The notes under the pieces: generated by a model
Told to the model about the DNA's origin: nothing
Databases searched by the model: none
Seen by the model: the letters and a program-made list of their open reading frames with translations, nothing else
Part shown: positions 9,737 to 21,202 of the stretch, one piece after another
How positions within the stretch are numbered: position 1 is the first letter of the stretch
Layout: each line of letters begins with the position of its first letter
Program-made: the position numbers and the translations under genes
Origin: a virus
Lineage: Duplodnaviria > Caudoviricetes
Length of the DNA: 64,000 nt
Direction: 5' to 3' (one strand)
Virus record (IMG/VR): IMGVR_UViG_3300027764_000001
Span: 1,302-65,301 of that record

Positions 9737-11215
9737 ATGGCGGCAGTTAGTCCAGCATTCGGTTCAATTAAACCGAGTCAAAAACAACAAGCGTTAGAAA
9801 CAAATTACTTAAACTTCACAGATGGAAGTGGTAACGATTTCGCGCAACAATATTTACCAGAAGTATACGAAGCAGAAGTAGAACGTTACGGAAACAGAAC
9901 GTTATCTGGCTTCTTACGTATGGTAGGAGCAGAAATGCCAATGGCTTCTGATCAAGTAGTTTGGTCTGAACAAAATAGATTACACATTGCTTACACAGAT
10001 GTTACTTGTGCTTCTGCAACGACTTTAACTTTCGTTACAGGTGGAACTGGTAAAAACTTCGTAAACAACGTGATTTCTGTAGGTCAAACTTTAGTAGTTA
10101 TGAGTCCTTCTACAGGAAAAGAACTTAAAGTTTATGTTACAGGATCAACTGCAAACGCTACAACAGGATCAGGTGGAGCAACAAATCCAGCTGTTATTAC
10201 TGTTAAACCTTATACTCAGTTAGATTTAACTACTGGTGTAGGTAATACAGTTAACTTTGCTGGAACGTCAAACCTTAAAATATTCGTTTACGGTTCTGAA
10301 TTTGGAAAAGGAACTACAGATGCTACTTTAAACTCTGTAACACCTTCTTTCACTCAATTCAGTAATTCTCCAATCATTATCAAAGAAAGATACCAAATCT
10401 CAGGATCTGATACTGCTCAAATCGGGTGGGTTGAAGTTGCAACTGAAGACGGTACTAGCGGTTTCTTATGGTATTTAAAAGCAGAGTCTGAAACAAGATT
10501 ACGTTTTGAAGATTACTTAGAAATGTCAGTTATTGAAGGTGAATTAGTTGGTGGTGGTTCTACATTAGCTGCTAATAACATTAAAGGTACACAAGGTTTA
10601 TTCTCTGCTGTTAAAGAAAGAGGAAATGTTGTAAACAACTTTACTGCAGCTTCAGGTTTAGATGATTTTGATTCTATCCTGAAAAACTTAGATACTCAAG
10701 GAGCAATTGAAGAAAATATGTTTTTCTTAAACAGAGCTACTTCTCTTGATTTTGATAACATGTTAGCTGCTGTTGGAGCTCCTACGGGTGGAGTATACCA
10801 AGGAGGTAGTTCTTACGGTTTATTTGAAAACTCTGAGCAAATGGCATTAAACTTAGGTTTCTCTGGTTTCCGTCGTGGATCTTACGATTTCTACAAAACT
10901 GACTGGAAATACTTAAACGATGCTTCTACTCGTGGAGGTATGGCTACTACTTCAATTGACGGTATCTTAGTTCCTGCTGGAACTTCTACAGTATACGATC
11001 AACAATTAGGTACTAACATCCGTAGACCATTCTTACACGTACGTTATAGAGCTTCACAAGCTGATGACAGAAGAATGAAATCTTGGATCACTGGATCTGT
11101 TGGTGGTGCTTACACTTCTGACTTAGACGCAATGCAAGTACACTTCTTATCTGAAAGATGTTTATGTGTGCAAGGTGCTAATAACTTTGTGTTATTCACT
11201 GCGTCTGCATCATAG
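9737..11215 (+). CDS. major capsid protein
   Basis: 492 aa, strongly biased codons, followed by a strong hairpin; size and position as in crAss-like phages. Confidence 0.85.
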   Translation: MAAVSPAFGSIKPSQKQQALETNYLNFTDGSGNDFAQQYLPEVYEAEVERYGNRTLSGFLRMVGAEMPMASDQVVWSEQNRLHIAYTDVTCASATTLTFVTGGTGKNFVNNVISVGQTLVVMSPSTGKELKVYVTGSTANATTGSGGATNPAVITVKPYTQLDLTTGVGNTVNFAGTSNLKIFVYGSEFGKGTTDATLNSVTPSFTQFSNSPIIIKERYQISGSDTAQIGWVEVATEDGTSGFLWYLKAESETRLRFEDYLEMSVIEGELVGGGSTLAANNIKGTQGLFSAVKERGNVVNNFTAASGLDDFDSILKNLDTQGAIEENMFFLNRATSLDFDNMLAAVGAPTGGVYQGGSSYGLFENSEQMALNLGFSGFRRGSYDFYKTDWKYLNDASTRGGMATTSIDGILVPAGTSTVYDQQLGTNIRRPFLHVRYRASQADDRRMKSWITGSVGGAYTSDLDAMQVHFLSERCLCVQGANNFVLFTASAS

Positions 11216-11230
11216 ACAAAAAATAGGTTA

Positions 11231-11261
11231 TATTACCCTCGTTGAATTTACGGGGGTAATA
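11231..11261 (+). terminator. hairpin terminator after the capsid gene
   Basis: TATTACCCTCG-ttgaattta-CGGGGGTAATA. Confidence 0.7.
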
Positions 11262-11298
11262 AATACCTTTAATTAAAAATATTAAATTATATTATATC

Positions 11299-12186
11299 AT
11301 GGCAACACCAATAAAAAAAACAACTGCACAAGCAGTAAAAAAAATAGAAACACCTACAGAAGAAATTAATATGGTTAATGAAATAGAAGTTAACGAATCT
11401 GTAGAAATTGTTACTAAAACTATAAAAAATAACGACAGAGAAGTAAAACCTGTTTGGGAAATTAAAGACAGAACATACGTTATATTAGATGGTGATTCTC
11501 CTTTAACATACACACTGCAATCTAGACACTCTATGAGATACCCGTTACTTTGGTTTAACAAAGAAACTGGCGAACAAGAAGAAATAAGATACGCAACTAA
11601 TCAAAACTCTCCATTAGTAAGAGATCAAAAAGGACAAGTTACGTTAGGTCGTATTATGTTTGACAACGGAATACTAAGTGTACCAAAAGAAAAACAAAAC
11701 CTTCAAAAATTATTATCAATTTATCACCCTGCTTTAAACAATAAGTATCATGAATTTGATCCTAAAGAAGAAGCGATCGATGAATTAGAACATTTAGAAA
11801 TCGAAATGGAAGCTATGAACGCTGCCTTTGAGATGGACATAGATCAAGCAGAAGCAATTGTAAGAGTAGAAGCTGGTTCTAGAGTCAATAAGATGAGTTC
11901 TAAGGAGATAAAAAGAGATTTATTGCTATTAGCTAGACGTAATCCTTATTTGTTCTTAGAATTAGCGAATGATGATAATGTTCAACTTAGAAATATTGCT
12001 ATCGTAGCGACAGAATCAAACATCATTAAACTATCTCAAGATAACAGAACATTTATGTGGGGAGAAAATGATAGAAAATTAATGACAGTTCCATTTGACG
12101 AAAACCCATACTCGGCTATGGCTGCATTTTTCAAGACAGACGAAGGAGTTAACATCCTTAGATCTATCGAGAAGAAATTAAAATAA
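11299..12186 (+). CDS. hypothetical (probable virion/assembly) protein
   Basis: 295 aa ORF in the structural module. Confidence 0.7.
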   Translation: MATPIKKTTAQAVKKIETPTEEINMVNEIEVNESVEIVTKTIKNNDREVKPVWEIKDRTYVILDGDSPLTYTLQSRHSMRYPLLWFNKETGEQEEIRYATNQNSPLVRDQKGQVTLGRIMFDNGILSVPKEKQNLQKLLSIYHPALNNKYHEFDPKEEAIDELEHLEIEMEAMNAAFEMDIDQAEAIVRVEAGSRVNKMSSKEIKRDLLLLARRNPYLFLELANDDNVQLRNIAIVATESNIIKLSQDNRTFMWGENDRKLMTVPFDENPYSAMAAFFKTDEGVNILRSIEKKLK

Positions 12187-12206
12187 AAAGTATAACACTA
12201 GTACAT

Positions 12207-12231
12207 GAGCGGTAACCAAAAACTACCGCTC
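12207..12231 (+). terminator. hairpin
   Basis: GAGCGGTA-accaaaaac-TACCGCTC, intergenic. Confidence 0.5.
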
Positions 12232-12254
12232 TAATACTATAACAAAGATAACAA

Positions 12255-13184
12255 ATGGCTATAAATGTAGATACAGTTTACAAAACAGTTTTATTAATAC
12301 TTAATAAAGAGCAGCGAGGATATATGACTCCTGATGAATTTAATAAGGTAGCAACACAAGTTCAACTTGAAACGTTTGAAAGTTATTTTGAAGATCTTAA
12401 TCAACAATTAAGAATACCAGAAAACGACAGTGAGTATTCTAATAGAATTAAAAACTTAGAAGAGCAAATAGCTGTTTTTAAAACAATAGGTAATTGTACT
12501 AATGTTCCAACTACTAATCAATTTAACTTACCTGTATCTTCAGGTATGACTGTTTATCCAGCAAATGTTATTCAAACTGTAATAGGTCAACCTCTTTATG
12601 TTTTAGCAACATTGACTCAAGCTCAGATACAGAACGGAACAACAAGAGTTTATTTTGCAGGAGTACTACAAAATTCTTCTGCATATTCTATAGTGAGTAA
12701 CTCTATAACACTAACGTCTTTACCAACTACGGTTTTTGAGGTTAGAGTAGAAGTTACTGCTAATGATTTTTACAGATTAGGTACTGTAATATATGATGAT
12801 TCTATTGAAATGCAAAGAGTGCAAAGAAATGATTTATTATATATAAACAAATCACCTTTAACTAAACCGACAAAAAAATACCCATTATATATATACGCTG
12901 AAGAAAAACTTTTTGTATACCCAACAGATATAACTACCGGTGTTACTGCTTCTTTTGTAAGAAAACCAAAAGACGTTATATGGAATTTCACAGCATCACC
13001 AGCTACTAATTATACATACTTGTATAATCCAAACACTTCACAACAATTTGAACTAATGCCTTCAGAACAGACTAACGTGATAACTAAAATACTTATGTAT
13101 TCAGGAGTTGTTATAAAAGATCCACAAATAGTACAGGCTGCTGCTCAACAAATTCAAACAGAGAACATAAATTCAAAATCATAA
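12255..13184 (+). CDS. head-tail adaptor/ring (tail tubular A-like) protein
   Basis: 309 aa, position after the capsid block; central beta-rich insertion. Confidence 0.5.
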   Translation: MAINVDTVYKTVLLILNKEQRGYMTPDEFNKVATQVQLETFESYFEDLNQQLRIPENDSEYSNRIKNLEEQIAVFKTIGNCTNVPTTNQFNLPVSSGMTVYPANVIQTVIGQPLYVLATLTQAQIQNGTTRVYFAGVLQNSSAYSIVSNSITLTSLPTTVFEVRVEVTANDFYRLGTVIYDDSIEMQRVQRNDLLYINKSPLTKPTKKYPLYIYAEEKLFVYPTDITTGVTASFVRKPKDVIWNFTASPATNYTYLYNPNTSQQFELMPSEQTNVITKILMYSGVVIKDPQIVQAAAQQIQTENINSKS

Positions 13185-13190
13185 TAAAGT

Positions 13191-14396
13191 ATGGCATTTC
13201 CTAATGGTGGTTTAATAACCGAGACAAATAGACAATATTATGCTGGATCTCAAGGTTTTCAAGTAGAAGGTCCATCAACTCAAACAGCATTTACTTTCAC
13301 TTTTAATACTGATTTATACTTAGGAAGTTATGATCCAGACGAAGCAAACTATACTTTAAACAATTTTAAATTATATAAAAGTGCAGACGGGATAACTTTT
13401 ACTGAATATATTTTACCATATCAATTAGAAAAAAACACAATAATTTTTACTACACCAATACCAGTAGGTCATTATGTGGTAGTACAATTAAAATCACTTG
13501 AAGGTGGTAATTATGGAAACTTCGATGCTTATGGTGAAGCTGTTGAAGACAACTACGGAGGTTATTCTTATATATCTTTAGACGACGTCGTAAACAACTT
13601 CATAGTAGCTTACGTTGGTGATGGAAAATTAATATTAAACGCAAAAAGAACAGACGTTATATTTCATGCTAAAAGAGCTTTGCAAGAATTTAGTTATGAT
13701 ACTTTAAAGAGTATAAAATCACAAGAACTTACTGTTCCTCCTAGTTTAAGTCTGATACTACCTCAAGACTATGTCAACTATGTTAAAATGTCTAGAATAG
13801 ATCATCATGGTATAAAACATGTTATATATCCTACTAATACTACTATAGATCCTTACGAAACACCTTTGCAAGATAATATAGGACAACCTATACAGAGTAG
13901 TTTTGACGACAATGTACAAGGTACTTCTATAACTGAAGAAAGATATAAAGATAATAACATGAATCTTTTATTTAATGAAGACTTTAACAGTAGAGGAGAA
14001 AATGGTTATACTAATAGAGGAAATTACTACGGAAGACAATATGGAATGGATCCTCAGTATGCTAATTACAATGGTAATTTTCACATAAACGACAGACAAG
14101 GTAAAATATCATTTTCTAGTAACTTAGTTAATTCATTATTAGTACTTGAATATGTATCAGATGGTTTAGCTTACGAGTTAGATTCTAGAGTTCCTAAAAT
14201 GGCCGAAGAAGCAATGTATTCTTACATATTGCATGCTATTATATCTACTAGAGCAAACCAACCTGAATATCTAGTGCAAAGATTAAAACAAGAAAAAAAC
14301 GCTAAATTAAGAAATACCAAAATTAGATTATCTAATATAAAACTAGAAGAAATATCTCAAGTTTTTAGAGGACAATCTAAATGGATAAAACATTAA
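13191..14396 (+). CDS. tail ring/tubular protein
   Basis: 401 aa between the adaptor and the stabilisation protein. Confidence 0.5.
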   Translation: MAFPNGGLITETNRQYYAGSQGFQVEGPSTQTAFTFTFNTDLYLGSYDPDEANYTLNNFKLYKSADGITFTEYILPYQLEKNTIIFTTPIPVGHYVVVQLKSLEGGNYGNFDAYGEAVEDNYGGYSYISLDDVVNNFIVAYVGDGKLILNAKRTDVIFHAKRALQEFSYDTLKSIKSQELTVPPSLSLILPQDYVNYVKMSRIDHHGIKHVIYPTNTTIDPYETPLQDNIGQPIQSSFDDNVQGTSITEERYKDNNMNLLFNEDFNSRGENGYTNRGNYYGRQYGMDPQYANYNGNFHINDRQGKISFSSNLVNSLLVLEYVSDGLAYELDSRVPKMAEEAMYSYILHAIISTRANQPEYLVQRLKQEKNAKLRNTKIRLSNIKLEEISQVFRGQSKWIKH

Positions 14397-14402
14397 TAAC
14401 AC

Positions 14403-17400
14403 ATGGCTGAAGTAAAAAATAGTTTTTTAAAATCCAAAATGAACCAAGATTTAGATGATAGACTTTTACCTAATGGTGAATATAGATCTGCTTTAAATAT
14501 ATCAGTTGGTAAGTCTGAAGCTGATGATATTGGTACTTTACAAAATATATTAGGTAACGAAAGATTACCTTTAACCGATTATAATAATCCAAACCTAGAA
14601 TGTATAGGTACATTTATGGATAATCAAAACAATTGTATATACCAGTTTTTAACTGATTACAACGACAATGAACCAAATAATATAACTCCACCAGTTAGTG
14701 GGACGATGATGATAACTATGTATAATCTTACTGGTGCTGGAACTTACTCAGTACTTGTTGAAGGATTATTTTTAAACTTTGCTAAAAATAAAGAATTTAA
14801 AATAACAAGTGTTAACTTAATCGAAGGATTGTTATTTTGGACTGATAACAGAAATCAACCAAGAAAAATAAACGTTAGTAAAGCGTTAAGTTCTTCTACT
14901 TATTACACTACAGAACATCAAATATCTGTTGCAAAATATGCGCCAGTAGATGCAATATCTTTATATAGAAAATTAACAGTTATAGTATCAAGTGTTACGT
15001 CAACTACCGTTTTTAACGTTCCAATTGGAACCGCTATAACAAAAGGAATGACTGTTATATCTGATGATATACCAGGAGGCGAATATGTTATTGTGTCAGA
15101 TTACAACGAAGCAACAGGTGCAGTTACTTTATATAAAGCACCTACGTTAGCTATAGCACCGAATGACGTTTTGACTTTTTTAATTTCAACAATGTCAAAC
15201 AAGTCAGACGTGCCTTCTTGGCCTGGTGATCCAGCTTTTTTAGAAGATAAATATGTTCGTTTTAGTTATCGTTTTAAATACGATGACAATGAATATTCTT
15301 TAATGGCACCTTTTACACAAATAGCCTATATTCCAAAACAAAAAGGTTTTTTCATAGATGGTAATGAAACAGACGCTTATAGAAGTACTGTTGTAAATTG
15401 GTTTGAAAATAATATAAACAATATAGACTTAATTGTGCCTCTTCCTGACAAGGTAAGTAATTTAAGTAACAATTATAAAATACAAGAAATTGATATTCTA
15501 TATAAAGAGTCAGATTCATTAGCTGTAAAGGTTTTTGAAACAATACCTGTTTCTTCTATAAATACTGAAATTAATTCAAATAATAACTACTACGTACAAC
15601 CGTACCAATCACAAAAACCATATAAGACATTACCAGAAGACCAAACAACAAGGGTTTATGATAAAGTACCTGTTAGAGCTAAAGCTCAAGAATCAGCAGG
15701 TAATAGAATAATTTATGGTAATTATTATGACAAGTATACTTCTTTGTCGTCTATAAACTATAATATATCAGTTCAACCTAAATCAGATATTGGAACTAGT
15801 TTTATAGAATATCCAAACCACACATTAAAAAAGAATAGAAATTATCAAGTAGGCTTTGTCATTGCTGATAAATTTGGTAGACAATCACCTGTAACGTTAT
15901 CATCAGTAGATTTAACAGGTTCTTTAATAGGAGATGGAACTTACACAAAAGGCTCAACTGTTTATTCAAGTTATGAAAATACTACTCTTTTTGAAGACGT
16001 ACGTTCTTGGTTTGGTGATGCTTTAATATTGTATTTAAACTCGCCAATAGATCAAATAAGAGATATACCTACTGGTCAACCAGGTTTGTACGCTATACCA
16101 ACATCAAATTCAGGTTTTGCAATTACAGCATCGACAATAACAGATACAACATATACTTTTACTTTAGACCCACCGGCAGTAGGAGGTTCTAATACTATTC
16201 CCGTTATTGGTGATATAATGAGAGGTTTTTATACAGATTACGTAACGGTAACTAATGTGCAAGTATCGCCAATTGTAATACCACCTACGCCATTTCCTAA
16301 TCCTCCTTCTGGATCTTATGTAGTAACTACTACTGGTAGAGTTGGTGATATATATAAATATACGCCTCAAATTGGAGGAGTTAAAGATATTAAGTTTGCT
16401 TACGAATATAATCCAATAGGTTGGTACTCTTACAAAATAGTTGTAAAACAACAAGAGCAAGATTATTACAACGTTTACTTACCTGGAATGCTTAATGGTT
16501 ATCCAAAGAATCAAACTTCTGGATCTCAAATTACATACAGTAATACTGGAGTTCCTTCAACACAACCAGGTGTGAACGTTACACAGTTTCCAGTAAGCGA
16601 AACAGGTAATACATCTCACATAGTTTTAATAAACGATAATATTAATAAGGTACCAAGAGACTTAACAGAAGTTGGACCGGATCAAAAACAATATAGAAGT
16701 AGTGTTCAATTATATGGTAGAGTACAGAACACTAGAGAAACACTTACGATCATAGGTGAAGCGCCTGGTTTTTCTTCTAAAACAATTACTTTAACATATA
16801 GTACATCAACAGTTGGGAACGAAGATTGGATTTTAATAAAACCAGGTGATGGTATACAATGTACAGAAGCAAACACACCAGTACAAGATACAACACCGCC
16901 AGCTACTACATCATCAGCTAAAAAACCAAACCAATATAGATGGTTGGGTAATACAGTTGTTGTTAGTAATGTTGTTTCTGGAACTACAGGCACTATAACT
17001 ATATCTTCACCAAACTGGGTGCTAGCAGCAGGGCAAAACCCAATTAGTTCTGGTCCAGGAAGTGGAGATTACAAGACGTTTGTTATAACTAGAGCAGAAA
17101 ACGAACAGTATTTTCCTACTAGAAAAGCAGATACGGTTATATCAATAGCGTATGCTGATGAATTTAATTTCATCGATAACTCTGATAATAATTTAAGCGG
17201 AACAGCTGGTTTAAATTTTTATCAATTACAAAACAAACCTCTTATAGGTAGAGTTTCTACAGTTAATGAAATAGGTGTTGTAGCTTCTGATATGATACCT
17301 TTTTTAAGTGTATATGAAACAAGACCAGACGAAAGTCTGTTAGAGATATTTTGGGAAACAGCAACAACAGGTTTAATATCTGACATAAACGCAGATGTTT

Positions 17401-19586
17401 CAACAGGATTTTCAGGACCTACTGGTTTTGCAGATCTTGAATATCTTCATTTTGAAAATCAAGATCCTAACGGTTTAGATTTTAACGTAAATAATTTTGG
17501 ACAATCAGATTCAAGATATATAACTAGTCAGTTTGTGCCAGTTGGTCAACAAGGTTTTCCTTTTGCAAATACCACAGTTAATTTATTAGAAGTTGTAGAT
17601 GGAGCAGGTAATATTAGAACATCTGAGTTTGGAATAGAATCAGGTACATCCGGTGGAAACGATGTGTACAGACTAAAGATAAACTATACTCCTACAAATG
17701 ATAGTAATCCTTTTGTGTTTAATCACACGGCTGATGTTTTACAAAAGTTTACTTTTAAATTTCATGTTACTAACGTAAATGAACCTGCTACTGCAACAGA
17801 TTTAACATTTGAAGGTAGATTAGGTAATATTGCGCCAACAATAACAACATCAGTTGTCAACTACAATATATTACAAACAACAACAACAATAACTACTTTA
17901 GAAGCAAAGAATGGTTCGTTTCAAATAGCTTCTTCACCTATTCCTGACTATGCTAAATCTGGTTTAAAATGGAGTATAATTAGTGGTAATTCAGGTGGTT
18001 ATTTTGAAATAGAACCTTATACTGGTATTTTAAAGTTAATAAACCCTTTAGTTCCTTTAAGTATTTATAATTTAGTAATAAGAGTAGAAGACGCTATAGA
18101 CACAACAGACGGAAGCGTACTAGAACCTGAAAATACTACTTTTGGAACTCTTCATAATGACAAAACGTTTACTATAAATGTTGGAGACGCTCCAATGCCA
18201 TATTGGTTAAGACCAGATTTTACAAGCGGAACTGTTTATGGAGGAGGTACTTGTAGTGCTTTTCAACCGAGTTCAAGTGGTATGATTTATATTGGACCTA
18301 ATACAACTCCAGACGGTAGTTATGTACCTACTATTCCAGGTTTATCTGGTACATATCAATTCATTGAAAATGTAGAAGTAGAAAACGCTGAAGACTTTAG
18401 TGTTTCTCCTATTATACCAGATGGTTTAAAACAAGGAGAATATAGAGTAAAAGTACAATTGCAAGTTGATCCACCTACAATATGTCCTCCACGTACGTTT
18501 GCAACAGCAAGAGGTCAAGTTCAAATATACTTATATAAAAGACAATATGCTTCTCCACCTAGTTTTGCTTGGGAATTAGTAGATAACGAAAACAATTGGG
18601 GAGGAACTCCGAGTCCTTATATAATAGGACCTTTGCAAGTAGGTACAATTGAAGTTGATGGAACTATCTCTTCTGGACCAACACAAATACTAACAACTTC
18701 ATTTACTATTGAAGCCGAAAGTACTTTACATGAATATGCTGTTGGTGTAAAAATGTTGAACTTAAGTAGCAATGTTGCTGGAAGTCCTATATCTGTTACT
18801 TTATTTGGTAACGATGCGAATTATTCATACCCACAAACACAACCATTTTCACCAGCTCAAACAAGTAACTTTAGTTATTATACTGGAGTAGAGACAATAA
18901 CAAATTATACATCAGGTGTACCTTACGATAGTCAAGATGCAACTAATGGAATTTCTTATAATTCAGCAACAAACGCAATTGCCTCTGGTGATGTAAATAC
19001 TGGTAATCCTACTGTTTCACTTGTTTTAACAACTCCTAACTATCAAATAGCAAAAGGACTTAAAACAGTACTTAGTGGTGGCGCAGGATTAGGTACAATA
19101 ACAAATGTTAACCCAGCAAATCCAGCTCAAATAACATTACAGTTAGATAACACGCCTTTGTCGTCTTATAGTTTAATTGGAGCTAACTTAGGAGTTTCTA
19201 CCATTGGTGCTAATGAAACATTAGGTAGACTATATGTTAACACTGAAGAAGGTACTGAAATAAAAAGATTTTACACAGATGCTGCGTTTACACAAAAATG
19301 GATTCCACCTGTTGCAGGTAAGTTTTATAACTTTATAACGACCAAGAACTATAATCCAGACGGAATAGTTTTTCCACCATCTTCACCGAGTAGTGGTATA
19401 TTAAAATATAGTTCGTTTCCATTCTATTGCGCTAGGGTTAATGCTGAAGGAGAAGTGATTCCACAAACCGCGCCAACACCAAACGTACAAACCGCTTGGA
19501 TTGGTCAAAACACTGCTAACACGGCTTCAATAGGTTTTGATAATTATAATTATAATGTATATTACACAAGTCCTGTAACTCCGTAA
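14403..19586 (+). CDS. tail stabilisation/nozzle protein (P22 gp10-like) with inserted adhesion-type domains
   Basis: N-terminus KMNQDLDDRLLPNGEYRSALNI..GTLQNILGN typical of crAss-like stabilisation proteins; cadherin-like segment around 17826-18100. Confidence 0.65.
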   Translation: MAEVKNSFLKSKMNQDLDDRLLPNGEYRSALNISVGKSEADDIGTLQNILGNERLPLTDYNNPNLECIGTFMDNQNNCIYQFLTDYNDNEPNNITPPVSGTMMITMYNLTGAGTYSVLVEGLFLNFAKNKEFKITSVNLIEGLLFWTDNRNQPRKINVSKALSSSTYYTTEHQISVAKYAPVDAISLYRKLTVIVSSVTSTTVFNVPIGTAITKGMTVISDDIPGGEYVIVSDYNEATGAVTLYKAPTLAIAPNDVLTFLISTMSNKSDVPSWPGDPAFLEDKYVRFSYRFKYDDNEYSLMAPFTQIAYIPKQKGFFIDGNETDAYRSTVVNWFENNINNIDLIVPLPDKVSNLSNNYKIQEIDILYKESDSLAVKVFETIPVSSINTEINSNNNYYVQPYQSQKPYKTLPEDQTTRVYDKVPVRAKAQESAGNRIIYGNYYDKYTSLSSINYNISVQPKSDIGTSFIEYPNHTLKKNRNYQVGFVIADKFGRQSPVTLSSVDLTGSLIGDGTYTKGSTVYSSYENTTLFEDVRSWFGDALILYLNSPIDQIRDIPTGQPGLYAIPTSNSGFAITASTITDTTYTFTLDPPAVGGSNTIPVIGDIMRGFYTDYVTVTNVQVSPIVIPPTPFPNPPSGSYVVTTTGRVGDIYKYTPQIGGVKDIKFAYEYNPIGWYSYKIVVKQQEQDYYNVYLPGMLNGYPKNQTSGSQITYSNTGVPSTQPGVNVTQFPVSETGNTSHIVLINDNINKVPRDLTEVGPDQKQYRSSVQLYGRVQNTRETLTIIGEAPGFSSKTITLTYSTSTVGNEDWILIKPGDGIQCTEANTPVQDTTPPATTSSAKKPNQYRWLGNTVVVSNVVSGTTGTITISSPNWVLAAGQNPISSGPGSGDYKTFVITRAENEQYFPTRKADTVISIAYADEFNFIDNSDNNLSGTAGLNFYQLQNKPLIGRVSTVNEIGVVASDMIPFLSVYETRPDESLLEIFWETATTGLISDINADVSTGFSGPTGFADLEYLHFENQDPNGLDFNVNNFGQSDSRYITSQFVPVGQQGFPFANTTVNLLEVVDGAGNIRTSEFGIESGTSGGNDVYRLKINYTPTNDSNPFVFNHTADVLQKFTFKFHVTNVNEPATATDLTFEGRLGNIAPTITTSVVNYNILQTTTTITTLEAKNGSFQIASSPIPDYAKSGLKWSIISGNSGGYFEIEPYTGILKLINPLVPLSIYNLVIRVEDAIDTTDGSVLEPENTTFGTLHNDKTFTINVGDAPMPYWLRPDFTSGTVYGGGTCSAFQPSSSGMIYIGPNTTPDGSYVPTIPGLSGTYQFIENVEVENAEDFSVSPIIPDGLKQGEYRVKVQLQVDPPTICPPRTFATARGQVQIYLYKRQYASPPSFAWELVDNENNWGGTPSPYIIGPLQVGTIEVDGTISSGPTQILTTSFTIEAESTLHEYAVGVKMLNLSSNVAGSPISVTLFGNDANYSYPQTQPFSPAQTSNFSYYTGVETITNYTSGVPYDSQDATNGISYNSATNAIASGDVNTGNPTVSLVLTTPNYQIAKGLKTVLSGGAGLGTITNVNPANPAQITLQLDNTPLSSYSLIGANLGVSTIGANETLGRLYVNTEEGTEIKRFYTDAAFTQKWIPPVAGKFYNFITTKNYNPDGIVFPPSSPSSGILKYSSFPFYCARVNAEGEVIPQTAPTPNVQTAWIGQNTANTASIGFDNYNYNVYYTSPVTP

Positions 19587-19624
19587 TACAAAACACTATA
19601 ATTAAACTAAAAACACTAAAAAAC

Positions 19625-19639
19625 AAGTGATTATAAAAT
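19625..19639 (+). promoter_or_regulatory. putative middle/late promoter motif
   Basis: AAGTGATTATAAAAT directly before the ATG at 19640. Confidence 0.35.
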
Positions 19640-21187
19640 ATGGCTGCAATATTAGAATTAAAATATTTTAACTCTTTTTGGTTAAAGAAGTTAGACACAA
19701 TAGTAGAAGTAGAAAATACAACAGCGACGGTTAGTCCAACAGTTAGTTTATCTCCAAACATAGTTATAACCGTATCAAACGGTGAAATAGGCGTTGGACA
19801 GTTGGTTAAATGGACAGATGGCGCTATAGAAGAAACAGCTTATGTTTATAGAAAAACAAATCCTACTAACATAGTACTAGACAGACCAGTAAGTATACCA
19901 AACAATACGGTTCTAAGTTTTGGACCGTTAACTGATTTTACTTACATACCAGCAGCTTATACCGCCAGTGAAGCAGAACCATCAACAGATTGGTATATAG
20001 AAGAAGCTAGAATACGAGGTGGTTACAACAATACAAACGTAGATTTAGGTGTTAAAGCTTATATTGTCGAAGATAACATTAATCAACAACATCGGAAAAG
20101 TTCTTTAATACATTCTGGTATGTTTAATTCTAGAACAGGTATAAATCAAACTAATCAATTTTCAGTTGGTGAAGACATAACAAGAAGTTTAGATCCGTAC
20201 AATGGTTCTATTCAAAAATTATATTCAGAAGACACAAACTTAACGGTGTTTCAAGAGTTTAAAGTAAGTAGAGCTTTAATAGACAAAGACGCTATTTATT
20301 CTGCTGAAGGTCAACCAATGACTACATCTGGAACACAGGTTATCGGACAAGTACAAGCTTATGCTGGTAATTATGGTATTGGTACTAATCCAGAGAGTTT
20401 TGCTACTTATGGTTATAGAAAATATTTTGTTGACAGAAACAGAAATGCTGTATTAAGGTTATCTCAAGACGGTATAACAGAAATTTCTGAATACGGAATG
20501 ATAGATTTCTTTAGAGATAGTTTATCACAAATAGGTAATAACGGTTTCATATCAGGTATGTGGGACATGCATAATAAACAATATGTTGTATCAATTCAAC
20601 CTGCAAACACACAAGAGTACCAAACTCTTTCTTTTGATGAAGATGTTAATGGTTGGACTAGTTTCTTTAGTTACAAACCAAACTGGGGAGATAGTTTAAG
20701 AAACAATTTCTATACTTTTAAAAATGGAAATATATGGCAACACTATTCAGATAACTCAAATTGGGGTAGTTTTTATGGTTTTGATTATGATTCTTCAGTT
20801 GACTTAGTGTTAAACCCAAATGTATCTACGATAAAAACATTTAAAACTATAAACTACGAAGGTAGTGAAGGTTGGGAAATGGAATATCTTTACACAGACA
20901 CAGATACTTCTGCCTCTGTTTTAAAATCAATAACAAATCAAGTTTTTACATTAGAAGATTTAGAACAACAACTTTTTATAAATTCTTTTAAAAGAAAAGA
21001 AAACAAGTATTTTTCTAATCTTATAAATATAACCCCTTCGGCAAGTACAGAAGTTCTTTGGGGAAATTCAGTAAGTGGATTAAAAGGAGCTTTTGCTACA
21101 ACAAGAATGAAGTTTTCTAACTTTAATAATTCTTTTAAAGCAGAATTATACGCGGTATCTTCTGAGTATGTAGAATCTTCGTATTAA
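19640..21187 (+). CDS. second tail stabilisation/nozzle subunit
   Basis: 515 aa beta-propeller-like (YGIGTNPESFA, YFVDRNRNAVLRLSQDGITEIS, GWTSFFSY). Confidence 0.6.
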   Translation: MAAILELKYFNSFWLKKLDTIVEVENTTATVSPTVSLSPNIVITVSNGEIGVGQLVKWTDGAIEETAYVYRKTNPTNIVLDRPVSIPNNTVLSFGPLTDFTYIPAAYTASEAEPSTDWYIEEARIRGGYNNTNVDLGVKAYIVEDNINQQHRKSSLIHSGMFNSRTGINQTNQFSVGEDITRSLDPYNGSIQKLYSEDTNLTVFQEFKVSRALIDKDAIYSAEGQPMTTSGTQVIGQVQAYAGNYGIGTNPESFATYGYRKYFVDRNRNAVLRLSQDGITEISEYGMIDFFRDSLSQIGNNGFISGMWDMHNKQYVVSIQPANTQEYQTLSFDEDVNGWTSFFSYKPNWGDSLRNNFYTFKNGNIWQHYSDNSNWGSFYGFDYDSSVDLVLNPNVSTIKTFKTINYEGSEGWEMEYLYTDTDTSASVLKSITNQVFTLEDLEQQLFINSFKRKENKYFSNLINITPSASTEVLWGNSVSGLKGAFATTRMKFSNFNNSFKAELYAVSSEYVESSY

Positions 21188-21202
21188 AATAAATTAAATC
21201 AA

